Below are positions 30,299-39,777 of a stretch of DNA of 64,000 nucleotides, piece after piece. Origin of the DNA: Alphaproteobacteria bacterium (lineage in GTDB: Bacteria > Pseudomonadota > Alphaproteobacteria > JAAXGF01); NCBI GenBank assembly GCA_963555825.3, contig CAUVXB020000002.1, positions 1,632,001-1,696,000 on the forward strand, given 5' to 3'. The position numbers and the translations under genes are program-made. The notes beneath the pieces are model-generated. The model was not told the origin of the DNA. It searched no databases and worked only from the letters and a program-made list of their open reading frames with translations. The first letter of the stretch is position 1; each line of letters begins with the position of its first letter.

Positions 30299-31513
30299 AT
30301 GGCGCGACGCATCGCGATCGTCGGCGGCGGGGTGATCGGCGCGAGTGTCGCCTGGCATCTGGCGGCGGCCGAGGCCGGCGAGATCGTGCTGGTCGAGCGC
30401 GCGACGCTTGGCGCCGGTTCGACCTGGCATTCGGCCGGCAACATCACCTGGTCGGCGCGCAACGACGGGCCGGTGCTGGCCACTCTCGAGGCGGCCGAGA
30501 CGGTTGCCCGCGAGGCCGACCAGGCGACCGGCTGGCTCAGGACCGGCCGTCTGTTCCTGGCGCGCAAGCCCGAGACGCTCGATGACTTTACCGATTCGAT
30601 GCGCATTGCCGAGCAACGCGGCTACGGATCGCGACTGCTCAGCCCCGCCGAGGCGGCGCGCCACCACCCGCTGCTCGATCCCGGCGCGATCGCCGGCGCC
30701 TGGCTCAACGGCCTGTCGGGCCGGCTCAACCCGGCCGACCTGACAGCGGCCTATGCGCGCGCGGCGCGCCGACGCGGCGTCGTGCTGCGCGAGGGCTGCA
30801 CGGTCACCGGCCTGGTAACCCGGGGCGGCCGCATCGCCGGGTTCGACACGGCCGACGGGCGCATCGATGCCGATGTCGTGGTCGTCGCCGCCGGGCTGTG
30901 GTCGCGCCGTTTCCTGGCCGGCGCCGGCGTCGCGCTGGCGCAGTGGGGCTGCGAGCATTTCTACCTCATCGCGCGGCCCGAACCGGCGCTCGCCCCGGCG
31001 ACGCCATCGTTCGTCTCGCCCGAGGATTCGATTTACGGTCGCGAGGAGATCGGCGGCATGCTCTACGGCTTCTTCGACGCCGACGCCAAGACGCTGGACG
31101 CCGGCGACGGCGCGCCGCCCGACAACTTTACCTTCTCGCTGCTCGACGAGGACTGGGACAAGATCGCGCCTTATGCAGAACGCGCGATGCAACTATTTCC
31201 GGCGCTCGAGCACGCGCCGGTCACGCGCTTCGTCAACGGCCCGGAGGCCTTCACGCCCGACGGCGAGCCGCTGGTCGGCCCGGTCGGTGGCATCGACGGG
31301 CTGTTCGTGGCGAGCGCCATGAACTCGGCGGGCGTCACGCTCTCGGGCCTCGCCGGGCGTCTCATCGCAGATGCCGTGACCGGCGCGAAACCACGTCTCG
31401 ACCCCGCGCCCTATGCGGCCGACCGCTTCGGTGAGCGGGCGTCCGACGAGGCTTGGCTGCGCGCGGCGGTCACCCAGACCCCGAGCAGCCACTACCGGTT
31501 CAGCCAAACGTAA
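30299..31513 (+). CDS. FAD-dependent oxidoreductase, dimethylglycine/sarcosine dehydrogenase-like flavin domain only
   Basis: IVGGGVIG, GSTWHSAG and NGPEAFTPDG. No GcvT-like C-terminal domain. Confidence 0.85.
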   Translation: MARRIAIVGGGVIGASVAWHLAAAEAGEIVLVERATLGAGSTWHSAGNITWSARNDGPVLATLEAAETVAREADQATGWLRTGRLFLARKPETLDDFTDSMRIAEQRGYGSRLLSPAEAARHHPLLDPGAIAGAWLNGLSGRLNPADLTAAYARAARRRGVVLREGCTVTGLVTRGGRIAGFDTADGRIDADVVVVAAGLWSRRFLAGAGVALAQWGCEHFYLIARPEPALAPATPSFVSPEDSIYGREEIGGMLYGFFDADAKTLDAGDGAPPDNFTFSLLDEDWDKIAPYAERAMQLFPALEHAPVTRFVNGPEAFTPDGEPLVGPVGGIDGLFVASAMNSAGVTLSGLAGRLIADAVTGAKPRLDPAPYAADRFGERASDEAWLRAAVTQTPSSHYRFSQT

Positions 31514-31516
31514 CTA

Positions 31517-31656
31517 TTGTGCGGTCACCTTTGGTGACCTGCGCTCAATCGCCGCGCAAGCCAATCTTTATCCCACAAGGCCATTCTTGATCCCATAAGG
31601 ATTGGCCGAACGGTCGGCGGCCCCCCTCTTGTTGGGATAAGATTGGCGCGGGCTGG
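31517..31656 (+). repeat. Modular hairpin repeat, copy D (two units, 31560-31599)
   Basis: Aligns with the other copies and starts 3 nt after the oxidoreductase stop. Confidence 0.93.
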
Positions 31657-31724
31657 AAGTTTCAGTTCGAGCCTATATCAGGCGGAAGCCTTTGCTCTCG
31701 ATGAAAGCGTCGAAGTCGCCGCGC

Positions 31725-32030
31725 TCAATCGCCGTCGAGTGCGTAGAACCGATCCTCCCAGGCGCGCCGCTGGTGCTCGAGCCACGCCGCGGTGGCGCGC
31801 AGCCGATCGGGGTCGAGACGGCAGCGGTGCACGCGGCCGTCGCGTTCGCGCCTGATCAGCCCGGCGTGCTCGAGCAGCTTGAGGTGCTTGGAGACCGCCG
31901 GCAGCGACATGTCGAAGGGCGCCGCCAGCGCGCCGACCGTGGCGTCGCCCTCGGCGAGGCGCGCGAGAATGGCGCGCCGCGTCGCGTCGGCGAGCGCCGC
32001 GAAGGCCGTGTCGAGACTATAGTTAACCAT
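31725..32030 (-). CDS. ArsR/SmtB-family regulator
   Basis: FAALADATRRAIL and MSLPAVSKHLKLLEHAGLI. Confidence 0.88.
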   Translation of the reverse strand: MVNYSLDTAFAALADATRRAILARLAEGDATVGALAAPFDMSLPAVSKHLKLLEHAGLIRRERDGRVHRCRLDPDRLRATAAWLEHQRRAWEDRFYALDGD

Positions 32031-32043
32031 TAAGTTAACTATA
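32018..32043. promoter_or_regulatory. Inverted-repeat operator over the ArsR start codon (probable autoregulation)
   Basis: TATAGTTAAC-cattaa-GTTAACTATA, perfect 10-bp arms. Confidence 0.75.
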
Positions 32044-32120
32044 TGTGATGATCGTTGGTCTGTCGAGCCGTCCAGCCGCCGCGCTTGACGCGGGGCCGGG
32101 GGCGGCGCGCATACTGGGTC

Positions 32121-32879
32121 ATGTTGCCGCCCGAGACATCGTCCGGGGCGCCCCGGCGCTGGGGTGCCGCGCTGCTCGATGCGCTGTTGCCGCTGCGCTG
32201 CCTGGCCTGCCCGGCGCCGGTCGACCGGCCGGGCCGGCTGTGCCCGCGCTGCTGGACCGGCGTCGATTTCATCACGCCGCCGAACTGCGCGCTATGCGGT
32301 TTCCCGTTCGACGTCGACGAGGGGCCGGATGCGCTGTGCGGCGCCTGCACCGCGACGCCGCCCGACTTCGACCATGCCCGGTCCGCGGTGCGCTATGCCG
32401 GCGTCGGGCGCGAGGTCGTGCTCGGCCTCAAGCACGGCGACCAGACCCACGCGGCGCTGTCGCTCGCCCAACTGATGATGCGCGTCGGTGGCGCGTTGCT
32501 CGCCGACTGCGACGCGGTCGTGCCGGTGCCGCTGCACCGCTTCCGCCTGTTCGCGCGGCGCTACAACCAGTCGGCGCTGATCGGCGGCGCGCTGGCGCGC
32601 CTCGCCGGCGTCGATTTCGTACCCGATCTGCTCAAGCGCACGCGGCCGACGCCGAGCCAGGCCGGCCGCACCCGGCGCCAGCGCTTTGAGAACATGCGCG
32701 GCGCCTTCGCCGTGCGCGCCAAGCGCCGCACCCTGTCCGACGGCCGCCATCTGGTACTGGTCGACGACGTCATGACCACCGGCGCGACGGCCGGCGCCTG
32801 CGCCAAGGCGCTCAAGCGCGCCGGCGCCGTCCGCGTCGACGTCCTCAGCTTCGCCCGTGTGGTGCCCGGGCACGAGTGA
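32121..32879 (+). CDS. comF: ComF-family protein (double Zn ribbon + PRTase)
   Basis: Four CxxC pairs, VPVPLH, RRYNQS and LVDDVMTTGAT. Confidence 0.92.
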   Translation: MLPPETSSGAPRRWGAALLDALLPLRCLACPAPVDRPGRLCPRCWTGVDFITPPNCALCGFPFDVDEGPDALCGACTATPPDFDHARSAVRYAGVGREVVLGLKHGDQTHAALSLAQLMMRVGGALLADCDAVVPVPLHRFRLFARRYNQSALIGGALARLAGVDFVPDLLKRTRPTPSQAGRTRRQRFENMRGAFAVRAKRRTLSDGRHLVLVDDVMTTGATAGACAKALKRAGAVRVDVLSFARVVPGHE

Positions 32880-32935
32880 CATTATGATAGAATACAAACT
32901 GCGGTCGCGTGCCGTGTGACGTTGGAGGGAATTCG

Positions 32936-33793
32936 ATGAGCGGGAAGTTCAAGGTCGCGTTGGTGCAGAACTGCGCGGCGGGCGACATGGCGGCGAATGT
33001 CGCGGCGGTGAGCGATCTGGTGCGTCGGGCGGCCGAGGCCGGGCCCCACCTGATCGCGCTGCCCGAGCATGTTTCCTACATGGATTCGCGGACCGAGAAC
33101 TGGCACGCGCATGCGCTGCCGGTCGCCGAGCATCCGGCGTACCACGCCTTCCAGGCGCTGGCGCGCGAGGTCGGCGCGTGGCTGCTGGTCGGCTCGCTGC
33201 CGGTGCGCGCGGGCGATGGCCGCATCGCCAACTGCTCGTTCCTGTTCGACGACGCTGGCGCGCGCGTCGCGCATTATGAGAAGATCCACATGTTCGACGT
33301 CGATCTGCCGACCGGCGAGCGCTTCCGCGAGAGCCAGGACTTCCAGCCGGGCGAGGCGGCGCGGCTGGCGGCGACGCCGTGGGGCACGCTCGGCATGACG
33401 ATCTGCTATGATCTGCGTTTCGCCGCGCTCTACCGCGCGCTGGCGCAGGCTGGCGCCGAGTTCCTGAGCGTGCCGTCGGCGTTCACCAAGGTGACCGGCG
33501 CGGCGCATTGGCACCTTCTGCTGCGCGCCCGGGCGATCGAGAACGGCTGCTTCGTCATCGCGCCGTGCCAGGTCGGCCATCACTACGGCAACCGCCACAG
33601 TTTCGGCCACTCGCTGGTCATCGATCCGTGGGGCGAGGTGCTCGCCGACGGCGGCGAGGACATCGGCTTCGTCAGCGCCGAGATCGACCCGGCGCGTGTC
33701 GCCGAGGTGCGCGCCATGATCCCGAGCCTCGAGCACGACCGGCCGTTCAGCCCGCCCGATCGGGCGCGACCGCGCATATCCGCTGTATCATAG
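32936..33793 (+). CDS. Carbon-nitrogen hydrolase (Nit1-like amidase)
   Basis: [19 protein letters not shown] and RARAIEN (E-K-C triad). Confidence 0.93.
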   Translation: MSGKFKVALVQNCAAGDMAANVAAVSDLVRRAAEAGPHLIALPEHVSYMDSRTENWHAHALPVAEHPAYHAFQALAREVGAWLLVGSLPVRAGDGRIANCSFLFDDAGARVAHYEKIHMFDVDLPTGERFRESQDFQPGEAARLAATPWGTLGMTICYDLRFAALYRALAQAGAEFLSVPSAFTKVTGAAHWHLLLRARAIENGCFVIAPCQVGHHYGNRHSFGHSLVIDPWGEVLADGGEDIGFVSAEIDPARVAEVRAMIPSLEHDRPFSPPDRARPRISAVS

Positions 33794-34280
33794 CCGGCCT
33801 CGGCTCGCTCACCGCGACGTCCTCGAAGGCGACCACGCTGAGCCGGCCGAACACGACGTCCAATAGCTCGCCGCGTTCGAGCAGGTGGTCGGGGTTGCGC
33901 GGCCGGCCGAAGCGCTCGTTGCCGCGCGCGAAGGTCTCGTAGAGCAACACGCCGCCCGGCGCCACCGAGCGGATCAGCACCGGAAACAGCGGCCGATAGA
34001 GATAGTTGGTGACCACGACACCGCCGAAACGCGCATCACCAAGGGGCCAGGGCGCGCCGCTCTCGAGGTCGGCCTTGATGCGCGCGAGACCCGGCGCGTC
34101 GTCGAGCGTCATCTCGCGGTCGATCGCCGTCACCGGGTGGCCGCGCTCGAGGAACAGCCGGCTGTGGCGGCCGTTGCCGCAGGCGACGTCGAGCACGGAT
34201 TCGCCGGTTGGGACCAGCGCGGCGAAGCGCTCGACCCAGGTCGAGGGCGTCTCGAAGACATGCGCGCGATCGCGCCCCAT
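33747..34280 (-). CDS. Class I SAM-dependent methyltransferase
   Basis: VLDVACGNGRH, VVTNYLYRP and PGGVLLYETF. Overlaps the nitrilase 3' end by 47 nt. Confidence 0.88.
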   Translation of the reverse strand: MGRDRAHVFETPSTWVERFAALVPTGESVLDVACGNGRHSRLFLERGHPVTAIDREMTLDDAPGLARIKADLESGAPWPLGDARFGGVVVTNYLYRPLFPVLIRSVAPGGVLLYETFARGNERFGRPRNPDHLLERGELLDVVFGRLSVVAFEDVAVSEPRPAMIQRICAVAPDRAG

Positions 34281-34305
34281 CGGCGGACTCCTGAAAGTTA
34301 CTTCA

Positions 34306-34475
34306 TTGTACGGTCATCTTTACTGCGTAAAGCTGACCTGCGCTCAATAGCCGCGCATGCCACTCTTAATCCCACAAGGCCATTCTTAATCCCACAAGGC
34401 CATTCTTTATCCCACTAGGATTGGCCGAACGGTCGGCGGCCCCCCTCTTGTCCCAATAAGGTTGGCGCGGGCTGG
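34306..34475 (+). repeat. Modular hairpin repeat, copy E (three units, 34359-34418)
   Basis: Aligns with the other copies and lies between divergent genes. Confidence 0.93.
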
Positions 34476-34553
34476 GACTTGACGAAACCCCTTGATTCTA
34501 CATAGTTAGGCGCTGATGTATCGGGGTATGATGCGCGCGATCGGAGTGGATTG

Positions 34554-35009
34554 ATGATCGTCTTCGACCTCAAATGCGCGGCGGCCCACGTCTTCGAGGT
34601 GTGGTTCCGCGATAGCGCCGCCTACGAGGCCCAGACCAAGGCCGGCGAGATCGCTTGTCCGATTTGCGGCGACACCGCGATCGACAAGGCGCCGATGGCG
34701 CCCAATCTGGCGCGCCGCGGTGAGTCCGACCGCGACGGCGAGGTCAAAGGGGATACGCCGGCGCCGCGCCAGGGTGACGTGGAAAAGGCCGGCCGGGTGA
34801 TGCGCTATCTGCGCGCCGCGCGCGACCATGTCGAGGCAAACTTCGACAACGTCGGCGAGCGTTTTCCGGAAGAGGCGCGCAAGATTCATCACGGCGAGGT
34901 CGACAAGCGCGACATCTATGGCCAGGCGACCGACGAGGAAGCCAGCGAGCTCAAGGACGAAGGCATCGAGATCGGCCAACTCCCCTGGCTGCCCCGCCAC
35001 GACAGCTAG
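34554..35009 (+). CDS. DUF1178 family protein
   Basis: MIVFDLKC...HVFEVWF, CPICG, KAPMAP and VGERFPEEARKIH. Confidence 0.9.
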   Translation: MIVFDLKCAAAHVFEVWFRDSAAYEAQTKAGEIACPICGDTAIDKAPMAPNLARRGESDRDGEVKGDTPAPRQGDVEKAGRVMRYLRAARDHVEANFDNVGERFPEEARKIHHGEVDKRDIYGQATDEEASELKDEGIEIGQLPWLPRHDS

Positions 35010-35081
35010 CCGACGCCTCGCTCACCGCGCCATCCGGCACAGCCGCGCGGTTCTCCCGACTTCAATATTTTGCCACGATTA

Positions 35082-35363
35082 ATACCAAGGACCAGTGATA
35101 AAGACCCCTAGAGACGGCTTGCCGTTGTTCTCGGCTACGCGCGCCCGTCGCGGCGATGCAGCGCATCGCAAGATGGGCGGAACGACGTCCGCCAGTCTGA
35201 TAGCGGGCGAGAGCCTCGGCAAGCCGCCCTTCGGGTCGCGGCCGCTTATCGCCGGAGGGCGTCAGGAAGACTAGCCGATGCGCTGCATCGCCCGCGGCTC
35301 CCTTGCCTCACCGCCGAAAAGCGGACGCGATCTCTAGGGGCCTTTATCACTGATCCTTGGTAT
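35082..35363. mobile_element. MITE-like element with 33-bp terminal inverted repeats
   Basis: ATACCAAGGACCAGTGATAAAGACCCCTAGAGA (35082-35114) vs TCTCTAGGGGCCTTTATCACTGATCCTTGGTAT (35331-35363), 2 mismatches. TA at both flanks; no ORF. Confidence 0.85.
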
Positions 35364-35474
35364 AATACCAAGGCTCATGTGTGGACATGTGTGGACATCA
35401 GCAGGCTAGACGCTCGGTGTCTGATTTGTCGCGGGAACCAGACACCGACCGCTGAAATTCAAACTCTCCGGACG

Positions 35475-35936
35475 CTAGCCGGCCTGCGAAGTCGCTCGCA
35501 GCCGGTCGAGCGCCGCTTTCGGCCAGACCGATTTCAGATCGTAGAATTCATCGAATTGCGGGACGCCTTCCGGGAGCACGACCCAGGCCTGCTTGGTGCT
35601 GGTGAATATATGCACGTCGGGCGGGCAGGCGCCCGGGTCGTCCAGGGTGCCGACGCGGACGAACCAGCAGGCCCCGAAGCCGCCGGCGTACGCGCTCCAG
35701 ACACAGGTGCCGCAGTCGCCGCAGAAATATGCGGTATGTCTGGTGCCCTCGAATTGGATGGGGCGTGGGGCGCCCGAGACCAGTTCGACCGCAGCCTGCT
35801 CGACCACCGCGTTCATCACGAAGGCGCTGCCCGTCACGCGCTGGCACTGCGTGCAGTGGCAGGCGTGGACGATCATCGGGTCGGCCGTCAGCTCGAACCG
35901 GACGTTTCCGCAGGAACACCGGCCTTCATGTGACAT
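35475..35936 (-). CDS. GFA (CENP-V-like) family Zn protein
   Basis: EGRCSCG, CHCTQCQR, FCGDCG and HIFTSTK. Confidence 0.9.
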   Translation of the reverse strand: MSHEGRCSCGNVRFELTADPMIVHACHCTQCQRVTGSAFVMNAVVEQAAVELVSGAPRPIQFEGTRHTAYFCGDCGTCVWSAYAGGFGACWFVRVGTLDDPGACPPDVHIFTSTKQAWVVLPEGVPQFDEFYDLKSVWPKAALDRLRATSQAG

Positions 35937-36083
35937 GGCGACGGCCTCCCAACCGACATTTCCCGGATGCGCCCCCCGGGCCGCTGAAACGGTATCATGA
36001 ACCGGCCTTATCGACAGAATCGATCACGAGGAGACATCGCGCAGAATTATCACCGATGTCAGGCGCCGGTCGGCGCACGGGTG

Positions 36084-36845
36084 TCAGTCGGCCGTCTTCG
36101 CGCCGACCGCCATGTAGTTGACCGCGAGGTCCCGGGTGAGCGTCCATTCTTCGGCGAACGGGCGGTAACGAACGCCGGTCACCTCGGTGAGCGTCACGCC
36201 GCCGCGGCGCAGCGCGCGCGCGAGTTCGGCCGGGCGCACGAAGCGCTGCCAGTCGTGGCTGCCGGGCGGCAGCCAGCGCAGCAGGTACTCGGCGCCGAGG
36301 ATGGCCAGCGCGAACGATTTCGGCGTCCGGTTGAGCGTCGCCACGATGATCAGCCCGCCCGGCTTGACCAGGGCGCAACAGGCATCGAGGAAGGCGCCCA
36401 GGTCGGCGACGTGTTCGACGACCTCGAGGCTGATCACGACGTCGAAGCGCGCGTCTTCGGCGGCGAGCGCCTCGGCGGTCGCGTGGCGGTACGCGATGGC
36501 GAGGCCGACGTCGGTCGCATGGGCCGCCGCGACGCCGATGTTCTCGGCCGCCGCGTCGATGCCGGTGACCGTCGCGCCGAGCCGCGTCATCGGCTCGCTC
36601 GCGAGCCCGCCGCCGCAGCCGACGTCGAGAACCGCGAGGCCGTCGAGCGGCCGCTCGCCGAGCGGGTCGCGGCCGAGCGCGGCGCAAATCTGGTCACGGA
36701 TGAAGCCGAGGCGCGTCGGGTTCAGCCGGTGCAGCGGTTTGAGCGGGCCCGACGGATCCCACCAATCCTCGGCCAGCGCGGCGAAGCGTGCGACCTCGTC
36801 CGCGTCGACCGAGGCGTCGGCGTGACCGGCGGCGGCGTCGCTCAT
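36084..36845 (-). CDS. ubiG: Ubiquinone biosynthesis O-methyltransferase
   Basis: WWDPSG.LKPLHRLNP.R, LDVGCGGG, EVVEHV and TLNRT. Confidence 0.95.
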   Translation of the reverse strand: MSDAAAGHADASVDADEVARFAALAEDWWDPSGPLKPLHRLNPTRLGFIRDQICAALGRDPLGERPLDGLAVLDVGCGGGLASEPMTRLGATVTGIDAAAENIGVAAAHATDVGLAIAYRHATAEALAAEDARFDVVISLEVVEHVADLGAFLDACCALVKPGGLIIVATLNRTPKSFALAILGAEYLLRWLPPGSHDWQRFVRPAELARALRRGGVTLTEVTGVRYRPFAEEWTLTRDLAVNYMAVGAKTAD

Positions 36846-37006
36846 GATGGCGGTGTCCGGGGCATGGGCTTTCCAGGCGGGGTTGAATTCGCGTCGCGCC
36901 ACAGAGTATGTATACGCGCCTTTTGCGCGGCAACAGGACTTTGCGCCCGGATGGCCGGGCGGTTTCGTACGCGTTGCACCGCGATTTCGGCAAGGAAAAG
37001 CAACTT

Positions 37007-38227
37007 ATGGCCCGAATCGTCCAGAAGTTCGGCGGCACGTCGCTCGCCGACCTCGACCGCATCAAGACCGTGGCGCAGCGCGTCAAGGCGACGGTCGGGG
37101 CGGGCGATGAGGTCTGCGTCGTCGTCTCGGCGATGGCCGGCGTGACCGACCAGCTGGCCGCCTGGGCGCATGAGGCGATGGCGGTCTACGACGGCTGCGA
37201 ATACGACATGGTGCTCGCGGCCGGCGAGCAGGTGACCGCCGGTCTCCTGGCGCTTGCGTTGCAGGACGCCGGCGTCACGGCGCGCTCCTGGGCCGGCTGG
37301 CAATTGCCGGTGCAGACCGATGATGCGCACGCCAAGGCGAGTATCCGCGCCGTCGAGGTCGCCGCGCTCGAGGCCATGCTGACCGAAGGCGGCGTCGCGG
37401 TGGTGACCGGCTTTCAGGGGCTCGGCGCCGACGGCCGCGTGACGACGCTCGGGCGTGGCGGCTCGGACACTTCGGCAGTCGCGCTGGCCGCAGCGCTTGG
37501 CGCCGAACGCTGCGACATCTACACCGATGTCGAGGGCGTCTATACGGCCGATCCGCGCATCGTTGCGCCGGCCCGCAAGCTTGATAAGATTACCTACGAG
37601 GAGATGCTCGAGCTGGCCTCGCAGGGCGCCAAGGTGCTGCAGACCCGCGCCGTGGCGTTGGCCATGAAGCACCAGGTGCGCGTCCAGGTACTCTCGAGCT
37701 TCAATGATTCCCCCGGAACCCTGGTTGTTGACGAGGACGAAATCGTGGAACAGGAACTGGTCAGCGGCATCGCCTACAGCCGCGACGAGGCGAAGATCAC
37801 TCTGGTCGGCGTGCCCGATCGCCCGGGCGTTGCCGCGGCCATCTTCGGCCCGCTCGCCGACGCCAACGTCAACGTCGACATGATCGTGCAGAACGTCTCG
37901 GCCGACGGCACCTCGACCGACCTCACCTTCACGGTGACCAAGGGCGATCTCGACCGCGCCGTCGGTATCTTGGAGAAGGCGCGCGGCGATCTCGACATCG
38001 GCCAGCTGGTGCCCGACGCGGGCGTCGTCAAGGTCTCGGTCATCGGCGTCGGCATGCGCTCTCACGCGGGCGTCGCCAAGCAGATGTTCCAGGCGTTGGC
38101 CGACAAGGGCATCAACATTCAGGTGATCTCGACATCGGAGATCAAGATCAGCGTGCTGATCGCCGAGGAGTACGTCGAGCTGGCGCTGAGGGCACTGCAT
38201 ACCGCCTACGGCCTCGACGCCGATTGA
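37007..38227 (+). CDS. lysC: Aspartate kinase
   Basis: [33 protein letters not shown] and two ACT domains. Confidence 0.97.
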   Translation: MARIVQKFGGTSLADLDRIKTVAQRVKATVGAGDEVCVVVSAMAGVTDQLAAWAHEAMAVYDGCEYDMVLAAGEQVTAGLLALALQDAGVTARSWAGWQLPVQTDDAHAKASIRAVEVAALEAMLTEGGVAVVTGFQGLGADGRVTTLGRGGSDTSAVALAAALGAERCDIYTDVEGVYTADPRIVAPARKLDKITYEEMLELASQGAKVLQTRAVALAMKHQVRVQVLSSFNDSPGTLVVDEDEIVEQELVSGIAYSRDEAKITLVGVPDRPGVAAAIFGPLADANVNVDMIVQNVSADGTSTDLTFTVTKGDLDRAVGILEKARGDLDIGQLVPDAGVVKVSVIGVGMRSHAGVAKQMFQALADKGINIQVISTSEIKISVLIAEEYVELALRALHTAYGLDAD

Positions 38228-38409
38228 ATCGGGCCTGTCGCCGGCGAGACGGCGGAAAGTACGCCGCCGAGTGTCCGGGCTGCGAATATTTGGCCGATTT
38301 CGATCCTTTTCCCGGCCACAGCTTGCATGTTATGGTTCACGACTGTAACGACGAGCGCGGCGACTTCGGCTCTAAGGTCGCAGCGACACGACATGAACGA
38401 ACGATAACG

Positions 38410-39678
38410 ATGGCGATTTCCGAAAAGCGCTCGGCTGGCGCGGCGCGCGGGCGCCGGCCGATGCTGCACGCCGTCGGGACCGACGGTGACGATGGCCGCG
38501 AAAGCACGGTCGCGACCGAGCTGGCCCAGACGCGGCTCGCGCTCGGCATCGATCTTGCCACCGTCGCCGACGAGCTGCACATCCGCGAGGAGCATCTCGA
38601 GGCGATCGAGGCGGGCCGCTTCGATGCGTTGCCGGGCCCGACCTACACGATCGGTTTTCTGCGCAGCTATGCCCGGTTCCTCAGCCTCGACAGCGACCGA
38701 TTGATCGACCAGTTCCGCGTCGAATCGGCGGGTTTCGCGGCGCAACGCAAACTGCGCTTTCCATCGCCCATCGATGACGGCCGAATTCCAACCGTACCGG
38801 TCCTGGTCTTCGCCTTGGTGCTTGCCGGGGCAATCGGTTTCGGCTGGTATTACGTCTCCGATGTCGAACAGGTCGCCCAGGAGGGCGTGCCCGAAGTGCC
38901 GGCCCATCTCGTCGCGCCGCCGCCGACGCCGACCCCCGTCGAGGCCGTCGCAATGCCGCAACCGCCGACCGACGTCGCGGTCGCTCTACCGGATCTGCAA
39001 ATTCCGGCGCCGCCGCCAGCCGAGGCGGCGAGCGCGGCCGACGCGCCGGTCGAGGCGGCCGAGGCGCCGGCCGAGACCGGTGTCGCCATCGACATCGCCG
39101 AACTCGATACCGCCGCTGGCGGCGAGGTGCCGGCCCTGCCGTCGGTGGCGCTCGAGCCGCAGCCCGCGGCCGCGCCGGTCGTCGAAGTGCCGGCCGCGTC
39201 GGAGCCGGTCGCTCCCATCGCGCTGATCGAACCCGCCGCCGTGGCGGCCCCCGACGTTACGATCGAGGCGCCGATGCCGCGTGTGCCGGCCGAGACCGCC
39301 GCCGCTGTCGAGGTGGCCGTGACCGCCGCTGCGACGGTCGACGTGCCGGCGCCGGCCGTCACCGATGGCGGCGCCACGCCGCGTGTCTACGGCCAGGCCA
39401 ACACCGATGCGCGCGTCCGACTGCGCGCCACCGAGGAGTGCTGGATTCAGATTACCGGCCCGGGCAACGAGCTGTTGCTGACGCGCATTCTGAAGCCGGG
39501 CGATGTCTATCTGGTGCCGAACCGCCCGGGTATCGTCATGATGACGGGCAACGCCGGCGGCTTGGAGATCGCCCTCGACGGCGAGGTGCTGCCGCCGATC
39601 GGCCCGGCCGGCGCGGTGCGCCGCAACATCGCCCTCGATCCCGAGGCGCTGCGCGCGCACCAGGCGTCGTCGCAGTAG
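38410..39678 (+). CDS. rodZ: RodZ-like protein (HTH, TM, Pro/Ala linker, DUF4115)
   Basis: LEAIEAG...GFLRSYARFL, one TM and GNAGGL in the C-terminal domain. Upstream of ispG. Confidence 0.85.
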   Translation: MAISEKRSAGAARGRRPMLHAVGTDGDDGRESTVATELAQTRLALGIDLATVADELHIREEHLEAIEAGRFDALPGPTYTIGFLRSYARFLSLDSDRLIDQFRVESAGFAAQRKLRFPSPIDDGRIPTVPVLVFALVLAGAIGFGWYYVSDVEQVAQEGVPEVPAHLVAPPPTPTPVEAVAMPQPPTDVAVALPDLQIPAPPPAEAASAADAPVEAAEAPAETGVAIDIAELDTAAGGEVPALPSVALEPQPAAAPVVEVPAASEPVAPIALIEPAAVAAPDVTIEAPMPRVPAETAAAVEVAVTAAATVDVPAPAVTDGGATPRVYGQANTDARVRLRATEECWIQITGPGNELLLTRILKPGDVYLVPNRPGIVMMTGNAGGLEIALDGEVLPPIGPAGAVRRNIALDPEALRAHQASSQ

Positions 39679-39688
39679 CATGGCGGCG

Positions 39689-39728
39689 CTTTACAGCCGC
39701 GCGCGGTACTTTACAGCCGCGCGCGGTA
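39689..39728 (+). repeat. Perfect 20-bp tandem duplication upstream of ispG
   Basis: CTTTACAGCCGCGCGCGGTA x2. Confidence 0.9.
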
Positions 39729-39777
39729 TAAGCTATCAGTTGCGGGCCGCGACCCGCGGGACATCCGGGAACTGACC

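Noticed and set aside
31413-31598. Recurring peptide FGDLRSIAA.ANLYPTRPFLIP in several ORFs
   Set aside because: Read-through into the non-coding repeat. The 20-nt unit breaks frame and there is no consistent start.
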